A DNA stretch of 64,000 nucleotides, from positions 32,001 to 96,000 of the IMG/VR virus record IMGVR_UViG_3300032327_000348. One strand, written 5' to 3'. Under the pieces are notes generated by a model. It had not been told where the DNA came from and did not search any database. It saw only the letters and a program-made list of their open reading frames with translations. This document shows positions 45,992 to 60,000 of this stretch, one piece after another. The position numbers and the translations under genes were made by a program. Origin of the DNA: a virus (lineage: Duplodnaviria; Caudoviricetes). How positions within the stretch are numbered: the first letter of the stretch is position 1; each line of letters opens with the position of its first letter.

Positions 45992-47215
45992 TTAATTTAT
46001 TTTAACAAATGCTTCTACTACACCCAACTCGTCTGTTGTTTTGTGTTCTAATGCACGACCAATAATGTTAAATGCTGTTGCTTCGCCGGGCTTGGCTGCA
46101 CGTGCAATGCCATTACCAGCAGAAACAAGGCGTTGACCTTTGCGAACTTTACCTGTAACCTTAACATGCACACGGCCACCGACTGCAATTGCCGGGTGAG
46201 TTTCATCATCACCTGCCATGGCGTTCATTAAATACCCTGCTGTTGTTGATACAACACCAAATACATCTTCTGATAATTCATATTGTACTGCAGTAACTTC
46301 TTTTTCCCCACCCATTTCAACGACAGTTCCAGCATCGTATAATGCGTCTGCTTCAAATCGTTCTGCCAAGTCAGCATATGTGGACAATAATCGTGAACCG
46401 GGTGTCAATGTCCAGTTACCAGTGATATTACCTGTTGTGGTATTTGCGCCTGCAGTAATAACTTGAGTTGTAACTCGTCCCGGAGCAATATTGCCACTGA
46501 ATTGAGTTATTGCATTTGATCCTGTTAGATAATCAAAAACATTACCGTTATTATATGTACCTGCAAAACTGATAGGATCACCGTTAGCATACATGTACTT
46601 GTCTGTTTTAATACCCCAAACGTTACCTACATTAGAAACGTAGACATTACCTGAATTAATTACAAAAGAATTTGCTGAGCCGTTCGCTGTCCATGTACCG
46701 GTAATAGTACCGGCTGTACTGTTGCTACCAGCCGATATAATTTGTGTATTTAGTGTGCCAATATTAGCAGTGGTAATTGAAGCATTTGCAATAGTTGCAT
46801 TTGCAGTAACTGTAGCCAAACGAACAGTGATTGTATCCCCGGTGATGCCATTTACCGCAGTAATATTATTTGCCTGCAAATTACCCGTTACCGAGACTGA
46901 TCCAAAAGTGGTTGTTGCAGTGCCTGAACTAACTGCTAATGAAACCCACGCATTTGCATTTGATAGTCCATCAGTAGGACAAACTTTCAACAGACTACTA
47001 TTAATATCGTACCATAATTGACCACGTAGTGGATTAGCAGGTGGAGTGTTTGCGGCAAAATTTTCAATTTGATGCACAAAGTTTGTGTCTATTGTCTGTC
47101 CATAACCTGCAAAGTTTCTACCAGGCAAGCCGACGCTCGTGCTAGTCGTATTAATAGTTCCGTCAGCAATGGTTGTTAGTACAGTACCATCACTTTTAAC
47201 AATTGTATATGCCAT
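45992..47215 (-). CDS. Tail fibre/baseplate-like protein with a C-terminal chaperone/autoproteolytic-like domain
   Basis: ENFA...PP.NPL.GQLWYD head, T/N/G-rich shaft, C-terminal YADLAERF...GVVST...IAVGGRV.VKV.G.V.KG..LVS...G.A. Confidence 0.7.
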   Translation of the reverse strand: MAYTIVKSDGTVLTTIADGTINTTSTSVGLPGRNFAGYGQTIDTNFVHQIENFAANTPPANPLRGQLWYDINSSLLKVCPTDGLSNANAWVSLAVSSGTATTTFGSVSVTGNLQANNITAVNGITGDTITVRLATVTANATIANASITTANIGTLNTQIISAGSNSTAGTITGTWTANGSANSFVINSGNVYVSNVGNVWGIKTDKYMYANGDPISFAGTYNNGNVFDYLTGSNAITQFSGNIAPGRVTTQVITAGANTTTGNITGNWTLTPGSRLLSTYADLAERFEADALYDAGTVVEMGGEKEVTAVQYELSEDVFGVVSTTAGYLMNAMAGDDETHPAIAVGGRVHVKVTGKVRKGQRLVSAGNGIARAAKPGEATAFNIIGRALEHKTTDELGVVEAFVKIN

Positions 47216-47246
47216 TTCAAATCACTCCGGGTATTTTTTATTTATC

Positions 47247-47867
47247 TTAAATTGTGACTAAGTTTGTCAGGGCTTGAATTCTGACTGTATAATCTATCTG
47301 TATTTGCCTATTTAAAGACTTTTGGACTGGGTGAAAAATTACATGAGTCAACAATCTAGTAATGACATCTCCATTTTCATCTGTTCCATAATTTGCTAAT
47401 AATCCCAATTCATCAAAAATGTAACTAGAATCAGTTTGTGTGCTGTTATCAAACGCATCTTGGCCTGAAGGCTCACCGTAGTCTAATAAACATTGAACTA
47501 AGATATCAGTATAGACACGACCAGTAGTGTGTGAAACTGTCATCTTGTTGCGTGTAGGGTCTAAGTTAAAAACACTAGTATCATCTACAATTTTAGCGTA
47601 AGTTTGATTATATAGTGCCGCGTTTTGACCAATTGTATTAGGAGGTAAATAGGTTATAACACCGGTTTCATTAACTGATGCTCCACCGTTTCCAAATGCC
47701 ATTTGATAAATTTCACCATAACCTCGACTACTTAATGTGTCGGCAATTGCTTCTGACATATTTTCGTAATTGATAGCATTGTGTTTATCTACAAAAACTT
47801 CCCCATTGTTGGGATCGTAGACTTTCAAAAAGCCTTCAATTTTGTATGTTAATTGTATTCCTGACAT
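47247..47867 (-). CDS. Conserved virion structural protein (baseplate region)
   Basis: 206 aa, LDYGEP, FDELGL, THVIFHPVQKSLNR. Located in the structural block. Confidence 0.65.
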   Translation of the reverse strand: MSGIQLTYKIEGFLKVYDPNNGEVFVDKHNAINYENMSEAIADTLSSRGYGEIYQMAFGNGGASVNETGVITYLPPNTIGQNAALYNQTYAKIVDDTSVFNLDPTRNKMTVSHTTGRVYTDILVQCLLDYGEPSGQDAFDNSTQTDSSYIFDELGLLANYGTDENGDVITRLLTHVIFHPVQKSLNRQIQIDYTVRIQALTNLVTI

Positions 47868-48019
47868 TAGATATCGCCTCTTGTTTCAATCAAAACTTCT
47901 TTGGTATTTGGATCAGTTATTTTCAAAAAAGACGAAAAATAGAAACCACCAGATTCATCTGGCTTAGGGCCATATTCTTCTGTTAATTGTGATTCTTTGT
48001 TATTTTCCTGATTATTCAT
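47867..48019 (-). CDS. 50-aa small protein, not in the ORF track
   Basis: MNNQENNKESQLTEEYGPKPDESGGFYFSSFLKITDPNTKEVLIETRGDI*. TAATG overlap with the next gene; ATAAATA 5 nt upstream of the ATG. Confidence 0.7.
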   Translation of the reverse strand: MNNQENNKESQLTEEYGPKPDESGGFYFSSFLKITDPNTKEVLIETRGDI

Positions 48020-48037
48020 AGTATTATTTATCATTTG

Positions 48038-51000
48038 TTAGAACTCTGCATTTAAGAAATTTGCTGCAGTTGTATTACTGATTTGCAACGGATCGCCCAA
48101 CGTTGGATTATAATTATATGAATTCCATGTTAAATTGTAGTTAACTTGCGGAAGTCGGTTTGTAGACAATATTCCATATACCTTTTCATATGCTGGAATA
48201 TAATATCTTTCCCCGGTGCCATTCGACCCTCGTTGCAATCCTGACAATGAATTTTCATTAAAATTGACTGTTGTGAACTTAATTTGTTCTCCGTCTACAT
48301 AAATTAGATTACCTAAAATTACAGTAATTGTAACACTATCTCCTGTACTTACATCTGATGTGATTTCTACTACAGGAGCAGTATTTACAATCTGAACACT
48401 ATAAGCAGAATTAGGTAGTGTAGTAGATGTTGTATTATTTACAACAATAACCTGACTGATAATTCTCTTGTCTGCATCTAAACCGATAGTATAAACACCA
48501 TTTGCTATTGCTGGTACAGTTTCATTTTGTACTACATTGGTTGTGATTTTTGTCACATCTTCAACATAAATTACATCATCAGTGTATGATAATGGTTCTG
48601 TTAACCAAGTAGTATTTAATGTTGTTGCACGATATACGTTAGGTACATTAGACTGATTAACATTGTTAATGTATGTTAATTCGTCAGGTGTAGATGTTGG
48701 TATCATGTTAGTAATAACAACCAGATCACCCGGCACAATTGTAGTTAGAATACTTAAATTATTGTTTGGATTCAAATACAATGCACTTGATGGTACTCTA
48801 TATCCGTTAACAGTTACCCAAATTCTATCAACATTGATTTGTTCCCACATTGCGACTCCCATAGTGTCATCACCGGTATAGGTAGTTATTGATAGGGTAG
48901 ATCCTTGATAAGTTGTAGATAATGTTATTTTATTGTAAACATAGTCTATTGATTTAATAAAATATTTAGTACCTTCAACTATTCCACCAAAGACCGTACC
49001 TGAAAAATATACCGGAGTGTCAATAACAATATTCTCTAAACTTCTAACTGTAATAGTATTATCCACTGCTGAGGATGAAATTGCAGTTGCTGAAATTAAT
49101 GTAAATTGTTTATCAAGCCAAACATAGCCTTCACTGCTCCAGTTAGAAACTCCTGTTACAGGATTATTATTTTGATAATTTTCAGGTAGATAAGGTGATA
49201 GATATAAACCAATTTCTGTATCAGTTATTATATGAGCATAATAAGTATTGTTGTTTAATTGTTCAGCACCAGTAAGCCCATCAATACGAACCACCTCATT
49301 TTGTTGTAAGTTATGTGGTACTCCAGTTGTAATAGTAGTTGTTGGATTTCCACCTGCATATGCAATCATTATATCAGATGAACCATCAACTACAAATGCG
49401 GCACCGCCTGGTGTTTCTGATATAGTAAAATCAGTATCATTGATTACCGTATCTACCCAATATACTGTGCCGTCGGTTAATACTCCACCTGCACCCGGCT
49501 CACCGGTTGAATTTTTAAATATAATAGGTTGATATGTTCCAGAACTTGCTGAGATAAATCCAGATGTGCTAATTGCAGTTAATGTGTATGGTACAGTTGA
49601 TCCAGTCACATTAGTAACTCCGCTAGGAGATGTAATATCATTATTAATTGCAACAATATTAGAGACTCTATATGTTCCGCCTAATGTAGTGTTTAGATAT
49701 TGTCTCTCAGTACTGTTATATGTAGTAACTGCTAAAATATCGCCGTCTGTTAAACTATTTGTCAAATACAATGTTTGTGTAAATAAATCGATCGTATATT
49801 GTGATTGATTTGTTAAACGCAATCCGTTAACTTCAACTATTGCATTTTCAGGATTAGTTCCACCTATATAATTAGTTAATAATAACTGTGTTTCTCCCCC
49901 GAGTGACACGTAAAGTTGTGTTGTGGGTATTGAATATCCATACTGTATGGGTGATGTTTCTCCTAATACAGCAAACGTAACAAAGTCATCAGATTGTGTG
50001 TAATTATTTGCAAACATTAATTTTGCAGTAGGACCGATATCTGCTTGAGAAATTGCAAAATCATTAGTAATAAAACTTGCAAAACCTGTAGCATCAGTCA
50101 ATGATTCAATACTTCCTCCTAATGTAGAAGATACTGTAAATTCATTAGAATCAACTATTGAATTAACATAATAAGTTGTATGAGGTAACAGTCCACCAAA
50201 TATATAATCACTGAATACTATAGGGTCATTTATATCGATAGTGATTGCGGTATTAACTACAATTGAATTTGTAAAACTCTTGGTTTGAGTTACGACCCCA
50301 CTTTCTCCTAATGTTAATTTATTTCCATTGTGTGTTACTAATGGATCTGTCCATACAATTCCTGTACCCAATTGTTTAATTAATTGCATAGAACCAGTAG
50401 CATTAGTTAATGGATACGTAGGGCCAGCAATTCCACTAATTAATGGGGGTAATGATATTGTAATTTTATTATTTACATAACTGATAGTTTTAATATAGTA
50501 AGTTTGATCTAATTCAATGCCACCAAATACCAAGCCTTGGAATTGTATTGGTTGATTGAGTGTAAGATTAGATACATCAACGCATGTTATAGTATCTATA
50601 GTTTCTTCAGTTCTAGTACATTCTATTTGAATAGGCTCAGTTCCCGGTCTTATAAGACCATTTCCATTAAACTTATTAGCAGAATAATTGCAACTTAGTA
50701 CTATTTCAACAAAACCGGTATCAGTGTTATCAATAAACGGAACCGTTTGTGAATTTGATCTTTGTAGTTGATCGCCATTTCCCACTTCATATAAATCAAT
50801 TCCCAAAATATGATTTGGGGCTAAAGTATCATTTAGAGTGATTGTTTTCAATACCCAATTTACGGTGTAATCATATGTTTCATAAATTCTACGACTTAGG
50901 CTAGTGGAAGGATCAATATCATATACTGCAATAAATGCAGGATTTTGTACAACATTTAAGAATGAATATTCTGTTTGCGGATAACTTGGTGTAATTTCAG

Positions 51001-54000
51001 CGGAAACCACCAAAAATCCAGTGTGACCATATTGTCCTACATCCCAGTTTGTTCCAGGACGTGTTGTAACAATCATTGTCAAGTTGTCAGTAACTACACC
51101 CGGTACCAATTCTTCTGGGCCATATCCTTCAGTGAATGAATCACCCTGCACAGTGTATACAGGTTCTTCTTGTATAAACAATGCCTTTGGTGTCCACGTA
51201 GTAACATCACTGCCACTAGATATTAGAATGGTATTATTATCACCTACAATGATAAATTCATCGACAGTTTCGTTATATGAAACACTGTTTAAATTATTAG
51301 TTGTAGTTGAAGTTTCTGTAGTCCATGAAGAACCATTGGAACTTGTTAAAATTGTACCATTATTACCAACCGCAATGAATTTACCGTTGCCGTATACTAT
51401 ATCTACTAAATTTTCACTTGTACCTGATATTTGTTCGATATTAGTTTGTGATCCGTCAGTACTAGTAAATATTTGTCCATTATTGCCAACAATGGCTACT
51501 AAACTATCACTGGTAGTTATTGCATTTACATATGCAGAAGTGATTACAGTAGTAATATTTTCATTGATAATGTTCCATGTAATACCATTATCAGTGCTTC
51601 GTAATATTATTGTTTGTTCTACCCCATTGACAGTTTGATTACCAATAATCAACCATCCTGTAAATCCAGCAGTAGTATATACTACATCTGCAAAATAACC
51701 GGTATTAGATAATTTATATGTTTCTAACCATGTTATAGTATCAGTACTTGTTATAACATTTTCTCCAACTGCTACCCAAACACCACCATTGCTACTAACA
51801 GTATTTAAACTATTAGAAGGAACTATTAGTGATGGGCCAGTCGTATACACTAATCCATTTGTGCTTGTATATATTGGTGTTGCTGAATTATTTGTAGTGA
51901 TTACATATCTAGTACCATTATAATAAATGTCAGTTAAACTGACAGGATTATTGCTTAGTTTAGTCAATAACCAATTATCACCTGTAGCACTTGTTATTAA
52001 TGCAGAGTAAGTAGGAGAAGTTGATATTGATATATATTTGGTGCCGTCCCATAAAACTGACATATTGTTTATTGTTGCAGGATAAAACGGTTGGTCTTGT
52101 AATTCTGTATCAAGTAAAAATTCTTCAGTAGGCGGGAACGCATTATCCATATAAACTGAGCCAGGATAAGTTATTCCGGTAACTAACTGGGTTAAATCTC
52201 TACCCGGCATATTAACAGTTGGATTGTAATATCCAATTATACGATCTAACTCATTGAGTCTTCTGTCACCACTATCCAATAATTCCCACTTACCTATTAC
52301 AAATTCAGTGTCATTGTTACTAACAATACATTGATATAGTCTATTGTTGTAACGAACAATACTTTGATTGAAGTAAAATGGTTCTGGTAAGAATACATAA
52401 TCACCTGATTTAGCCATAGTAAATGATAGACCGGTTGTTGTTCCAGTAAAGTTTAAAGTACTACCTCCAATTGTAGTTGAGATAGTAACTGTAGTTGCTG
52501 TTGGTTTTGATTTAATATAATAAGTTTGACCCAATGTCAATTCTTCATATACATTACCTGTAAACACCACTGGATCATTCAATTCAAATTCATCAGAACT
52601 TGTCACCGTCAATCTATCATTAGAGGCTGTTACTGCGGTAACTGTTGTTGATTTAACACCAGTATATATTGCTCCTAATGTATTACCATTAACCGGAACT
52701 GTCAACAATGGATTAAAATATACTTCTAGTTCTGTTGGACTTATAACCTTCAAATAATATTTTTCATTTAACCCCGGTGGCGTACCAGAAATAATTGTAG
52801 ATGTTATTGCTCCGTAAGACAATGATGGATTATAATTCAATCCAGGTTCATTTATACCACTAACATTAATTACAATATCATTTATACCAGTGGTACCACC
52901 GACGTTTGAGCCTGCAATAGTAATATTATTGTTATATGCAAATCCAGAACCCGCAGTATTAATTGTAACACTATATCCACCTGCTTTATAGTTAATAAAG
53001 AATGTTGGAGTTGATGTTGGGTACTGTGTTAGTGTTGACGTTGCCGAGAAATTATCAGTCAATGATACTACACTGCCGCCGATTGTTGCACTAACAGTGA
53101 CGAACGGGTTATCAGCAGTCAATGTCATCGACCCATTATCGCCGGTTAAATTAAAGGTTGCGCCGCCGGGTGTTTCACTGATAGTAAATTTCGTTGAACT
53201 AACAACTGATTTAATATAATAGGTCACAAATTCTACTACACCACCAAATACACCGCCAGTGAATGATACTGGCATGCCTTCATAGAATCCTGTTGTATTT
53301 GCACAAGTATATTCTTCTGTTCCTGTATTTGAGCTTGTAACTTCAGTAGTAATAACTCCCAAAGATTTTATATAATATGTAGTACCGGCAGTAAGACCAC
53401 CAGTTGATGCGGACAACCTAAAGGGCATGTTTATATAAATGTTTGTTGTGCCACCTGATAATGAGCCTAAGTATAAGTAATTAGATCCAGAAACAGTTGC
53501 AACAGTGCTCCTATCAATTAAGTTGCTATTTGTACCTGAGTAGCCTGCACCACTATTTGTATATTTGCCGGACGTACCATAAAATGTAAACTGTTGTCCA
53601 TTAATTTGTCCCGGACTTATTGGTAAGCCAACGTTGCAATACATAATACCTGTATCAGTTGTCAATTGTACTACATCTTGCTGGCTTGTTAGTGTTGCAG
53701 TTCCTGTAGCACTCGTAAGCGTTATTACGCCTCCATTAATTGAAGTAGATAATGTAATCTTACTTGCGCTGTAATTAATGCTTGCAACATAATACAATTG
53801 TCCGGATACAATTCCACCAAACACTGCACCTGTAATGATTACAGGAGTATTGATATCTAAATCCCCAATTTCACTCAATACAACATAATCTCCTGAATCT
53901 TCGGTTGCCTCAACTGTTAGCACAGTTGGCGTATTAGTAGATGACATTGTAAATGTCTGGTTGTCAATAACTGTTGTTACATAATAATTTTCATTTTCAA

Positions 54001-57000
54001 TAACTCCACCAAATACATCACCTGTAAAAAATATTGGCACACCTGTATAGAATCCAGTCGTTCCGCATATACCACTTGAGTTTAATGGAATTTTTACAAA
54101 ATTAGTTGTTTTTTCAGTATTAGTAGTAGCAAGTATTCCAGGATACTGAATTGTAACTACTGCATTGTTAGATACTTCGCCAACAATCATTGTTAATCCA
54201 GCTGGTAAAACTGTAGTGCCTGACATTGACAAATTAATTTTAAATTCAGTTTCACTTAATAATTCTGTTATATAATAAGTAGTACCTATTACAATATTTC
54301 CAGTCACTGATCCTGAGAATTTAACTGGCATTCCTATATAGAAACCAATAGTTGAACCTGAGGCATTAGTCTCAGTTGATGACGGAGGAGTTAATGTTAT
54401 GACATTAGTTGCAGTATTAATTGAAGTTATATCTCTTGTTCTAGAAGACCAATTGATTACTTCATCATTTCTAATGTTTTGAATTTCAAAGGTAGCACCC
54501 TGAGCACTGGCCAAAACAGTATCAATATTAGGCTGAGAAGATTCCAAAGACAAGGAAGAACTTGCAACTTGCTCAGTATTTTCAAATTGTCCTGCATAGA
54601 AGCTGCCATAAAAATTACCACTGGTCCAGTCAGTAATCTGCGAAGTGTAAGTAGTCCTATCATATCGTAAAGTTGTAATATTTTCACGAATTGGTAAAGA
54701 ATTAGTAACACAACTTGCTCGGGCACTGATTGCCAAATTATTATTTACTCCACTACCAGCATTTAAGAATACTACTCTGTTATGATCTTTTAATGCATCC
54801 GCATAAGAAGTATACAATGCAACAACATATGTAGGCACAGATTCTAACACATTTACATAATAATATTGTTTATTTGTTACCCCGCCAATGGCAGTCGTAT
54901 CATTTCCTACATAATATTTTATCAAATCACCTGTTTGAATAAGTTGATTTTGAATGGCAATTGTATTATTTGTTACATCCACATCTATGCTTGGGAATGT
55001 AATTACTGAACTAGGTTCAATTATTATTTCTGGTAAAACTACATAACCATCGCCCGGATCAATTACATCAATCCGTAAAAGTTGATCTAGATTCATAACA
55101 GGCTGAAGTATAGCTTCAGTTCTAGGTGCAGGATAAATTGATGTATCAATATATGCAGTAACTTTTGGCGGGTTAGCATAACCTCTACCACCATTCAATA
55201 CAAGTACTGCAGGTAAGTCAATATAAATTTGTTGTCCAGGTAAATGATTTGATATAGGTGTTTCGTTTACACCTCTAGTTAAACCATTTAATGTTCCATA
55301 TGCTCTATCAACACTTGAATATGCAATTAGTTCATATGCTTTTTTACCTAAATCTGTTTCAGGGTCCATCGGATCATAAATTTTAATTACGCCGTTGATT
55401 GGGAAACCATAAATGTTATCCACTGCCATTGAATTGCTATTCAATGTTAGATATGATGCTAATGTTGTTATTGGATAACCGTTAACACCTGTTATGCTTA
55501 CACCATAGTTATTAAACCAATTATTATATGCAGGATCTTGCCAAATATTATCAGTTGGAAGATACTGATTATCACTACTTGGATTAGCATTTACTAATTG
55601 AGGTGTTATATATTGTTGTAAACTTGTATTGTATTGTGCCGGCAAATCAAAGTCAGTGATATCTCCGGCCCAAAGAGCAGTTCCAGTATACTTGAATAAA
55701 AAGTCTTTAACAACCACATGATATGGTTTAACTTCATTAATATATCCTGCTAAAAATTCTTGATTGTCACTTTGAAATACTTCTAAAGGAAGCAATTCAC
55801 GTATAGTGTGTGCAACATCAATAAATGACGTTTTGTTTAACCACGGCAAATAGTTCTGTGACTCAATTGTTTCGCTCATGATGTAGTTAAACAATAAAAT
55901 CAATCCTTGATTTCTAAAGTAGAATATTTCACCAGGAAGTTCTTCATTTAGGAATCGTGTAATAGAGCGAGTTTCTTCACTTGGGTATGTGTCGAACGGG
56001 GTAGTATCGAAAAAGTTATCTCCAAATCCCAATCTTGCAGTGCCATAATCCCACAATGAACTCTTAAATTGAATTGTGCCATTTTGTAAGCCAATACGAA
56101 CCCATGTAGATAACGTGCTATCATATCTGTATGTTTCTTGGAAGCCGGCTCCATTTTTATTAACTGTAACTATCAATCCATTTTGTGCATTAATTGTTGC
56201 CAACTGATAATATGATTCTACTAACATGGCAGACTTTGTATTATCATTATAACCAGTAGCCCACCAATTTACATATTCCCAGTAATCTGTTGTTTCATAG
56301 AATGGTAATCCTGTACTTGGATTGATAGGTCCAGTTGTGTACAAGAACTTACTAGATTGTGTTTCTGTGAACGGAATCTTTGCTAACTCTTGATTTGCAA
56401 GTGTTAAATAATTTTTCAATGCACCAAATCTTGAATAGAAGAAGCCCTGACGCGGACGTACTAGTATACCAGATTGTACTGGTTTTGGTAAGTATGGATC
56501 AGGGACAATAGCGCCGGACTCATCTACGCCACTTAAACTATCTAACATTCTATCATATAATGATAATGGTGGTAGATTAGTTGCAGCTGGCAATCCCGGT
56601 AAGAAATCATCAGGATAATTTGATCGTATCAAACTGTAAATGCTATGTGAAACATCATCATTGGTTCCTGTTGCAAAACCAATGTGCATTACTGTATCGG
56701 TGCTATTAACATATTCATCAGTGTTATATAATCCCATTACATCAGATTGTATTGGAGAAAAATACGCAATTCCCGATGCTTGAGGAGAAGTAATATACGC
56801 CTCACAAATTGTGTCACTTAATGTTTTGCCTATTTGGTTAAAAACAATATTTGTATTTCGTACCCAATAGAAATATACCGGAGTAATTGCACCTGTAGAG
56901 TTCAACACATACTCAATAGAATAGTCAGTTATGCTTAAAGGAGTACCAGTGCCAGCATATTCTGCAGGAACTACATTGCTAGTAATCCAACTATAAATGG

Positions 57001-60000
57001 TAACTTGACTTCCGGGGAACACACGACCCCACCATTTGCTATTATATACCACATCATCATTTTGATGATAGTTAACAAATTTAGTAGTACTTGTGTTGAA
57101 CCACAATTTACCAACTTGTTTGGACCCCCAAACACTAGCACTAGACTCTGTTACATTGGGACTATTATATGACGCCGGATCTGCGTTAGAAATAATATCT
57201 AAATTTTCGGCAACTACGCCTAAAATTTTACCCTGTAGTGGGTCAAAATAATCTAAATTAATTAATGTATTATTAGTTGATGCACTATACAATTGTGCAT
57301 TTTGAATACCATTGATATCAACTGTTGTTTCCGATTGTCGATATACTGACCAGTTTGTTTGACCAGTTGCATTTGTGTAGATGATAGCTTGGCCGTTATT
57401 ATAACCGGGTCTAAAATTTGGCGTACCGACTATAACTGTATTGTCATTAAAATCTAATGCAGTACCATAGTATGGTTGACTTCCATAATTACTATTCAAT
57501 GCGTTTACACTCTGTGCATATATGAACTGGCCAACATTTGTTAAACTTTCGTTGTAGTTTTCTACATAGTCAAACATGTAAACTGCGCCGGCGTTTCTAG
57601 CAATGTCTATAAATTGTGTAGTGTTGTTATCAAATAACAAATCATTATTATAGTTATCGTCATCAGTTAAATCAAATGTCGTTGCTTCATATCTTGCTGA
57701 TGCAGGTGCACTTGTTATGAAAGAACCATTATCATTAAATTTAATAACAGTACCAAATTGTGTTCTGCCGGCTGGATGCGGATCAGTGATTGTTTGAGTT
57801 AATGTATATTTTGAAATACCCAATTCATACATTGTATTTCCACTCAATGTTGCAATATCTAATTTGTCATTGATAGTTGCCAAGTCAATATTAATTAATG
57901 AGATTATCAATTTATTATCTATTGCAGTCGCAGTGATATTGGTAATATTTGCTGCTGCTATTGCGGCTGCAACAGTTGACGCATTACCTACAGGAACTGT
58001 TACTGCGTATCCATTTAACAAAATGGTACTAGCACTAGTCACTTGACAATCAATTACACCACGAATAACACCATAACTTCCACCACCGTCTGTATAACGA
58101 TATATTGCACCTTCTTTATTTTCTGTATTGATTTGGAAAGGTGAGCCAATTAATAATTCATTTCCGTATGTGTCTAAGTCTGCACTATAACCATATTGTT
58201 GACCTATCGTGAGTGCACCGGGTGCAATAAATTGTTGTATTAAAACAAATGTAGATCCACTAACAGTTAATATATCTCCTGCATTTAATGATTGATATAC
58301 GGACAATGTTGAACCATTTGTTGCATAGTTATTATCATCTATTAAGGTGCCGTTTACACTAACATATATAGGTTCTGTCTGTGCAACCATTGACATTGTT
58401 CCAGAACTGTTGGTTAGTGATAGTGTTGGACCATTTCTTGTTAATGACAATGTAATTGTTGAACCAACTATAGATTTTACATAATATACTTGATCTAATG
58501 CTATACTACCAAATACATTACCAGTAAAGATAACAGGGGTGCCATTTACACCATCAGATAAGCCCTGTACAGATGATAAAGTTATAGCATTACTACTTAT
58601 AGAAGTTCCTGTGCTTATTCTAGTCCCGGGCGTAAAGGCCAAATCAAATGGTTGCGGTACAAAGGGTTGGCTAGTAAATCTTACTTCAAAATTTTGCATC
58701 AATCGTTCAAACACATATGATGCACCAGTGTTGTTTATTATACCAGAATCAACACTCGGTGCACCAACTACTATGGTGTTACCATAATAATTTGTTGCTA
58801 TTGAGAACGAAAAATTATCGTCTGTTGTTAAGTCAGATAGCGTAATAACCGTACTGTATTCATACAATCCGGTAATTTGAGATTTGCGATATACATAACA
58901 CTGATTTTGTTCATATGCACCAATGAACAACCAATTCTCATCGCCGGACAATTCTGTTTTAGTTCCCCAGTTTGTTATGCCTGTAGGCGCTTGAATTGTT
59001 TGTAATAATTGTAACTCATTTACCTCGTTGGTAGTAATTAAACTATAAATTTTAACTTTTCTGTCGGCAAGCAATATGCCAGTTGGTTGACTAATTGCAA
59101 ATGTTACTCCTGCATACCCGATTGATGAACCAAAACTAGTAGAACCCGTAAGTGTCTGTACTAAATCATATCTATCAAACACTGGGTTATAGGTGTATCT
59201 GTATGCTACACCCAAATCAGAATCACATACTAAATATCCCAAATCACTGGTAGTTGCTACTGCACTACCAAATGTTTCAGACCCGGTTTTTAATAATTCT
59301 AAATCAAATTGATAATTAATATCCTTGCGATATACTGCCCAATCGCCATCAGTGTTTGTATCTACCCATACTTTATTTTTAACAAACTCAGTATTCAATA
59401 AAGGCAAGTTAATAATATCACTAGGTTGAGACACACGCTGTGATTCAAATCTCATTACAATACCATTGCCTGTCAATTTTGGCAATGTTGAAACTAGTGA
59501 TAGTGCAACTGTGACTCTATAATTATCCACAACTGATTGTACAATTCTATAACCATTAACCGCATCATTAAAATTAATAATTGCAATTGTTTGATATTTT
59601 GTTAAATTATGTGGTTCAGCAAACTGTAATGTCACACTACCGTTTAAGTTATTAATAACTTGAATCAAATTACCATTTGAGATAGGCGTATATACTTGCC
59701 ATGTGCCATTATAGTCAGCAACCCATACGTATTCACCTACGTATAATTGTGACAAAGGTGTTTGTGCAAGATTCAAATCGTTGTAGTAGTAACCATATGT
59801 TGTAATGTCATTAAAGTTGACATAACCAGAATCTGGAAATAGTGTGTTAGGTACATTTGTTGTAAAAGTAGGTAAGACATTAGGATTGGTTATAGGTCTA
59901 CCATAATTAAATATAGAATATAATGGTACTTCTTGTTGTACACCATCTGTAAATGTTCCATTAGATAATCCAACGATTGCAGGATTACCTGTTAATTCAT

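Noticed and set aside
45992-47215. Many N-x-S/T sequons suggesting N-glycosylation
   Set aside because: About 10 sequons by hand count, roughly what the high N/S/T content would give by chance.
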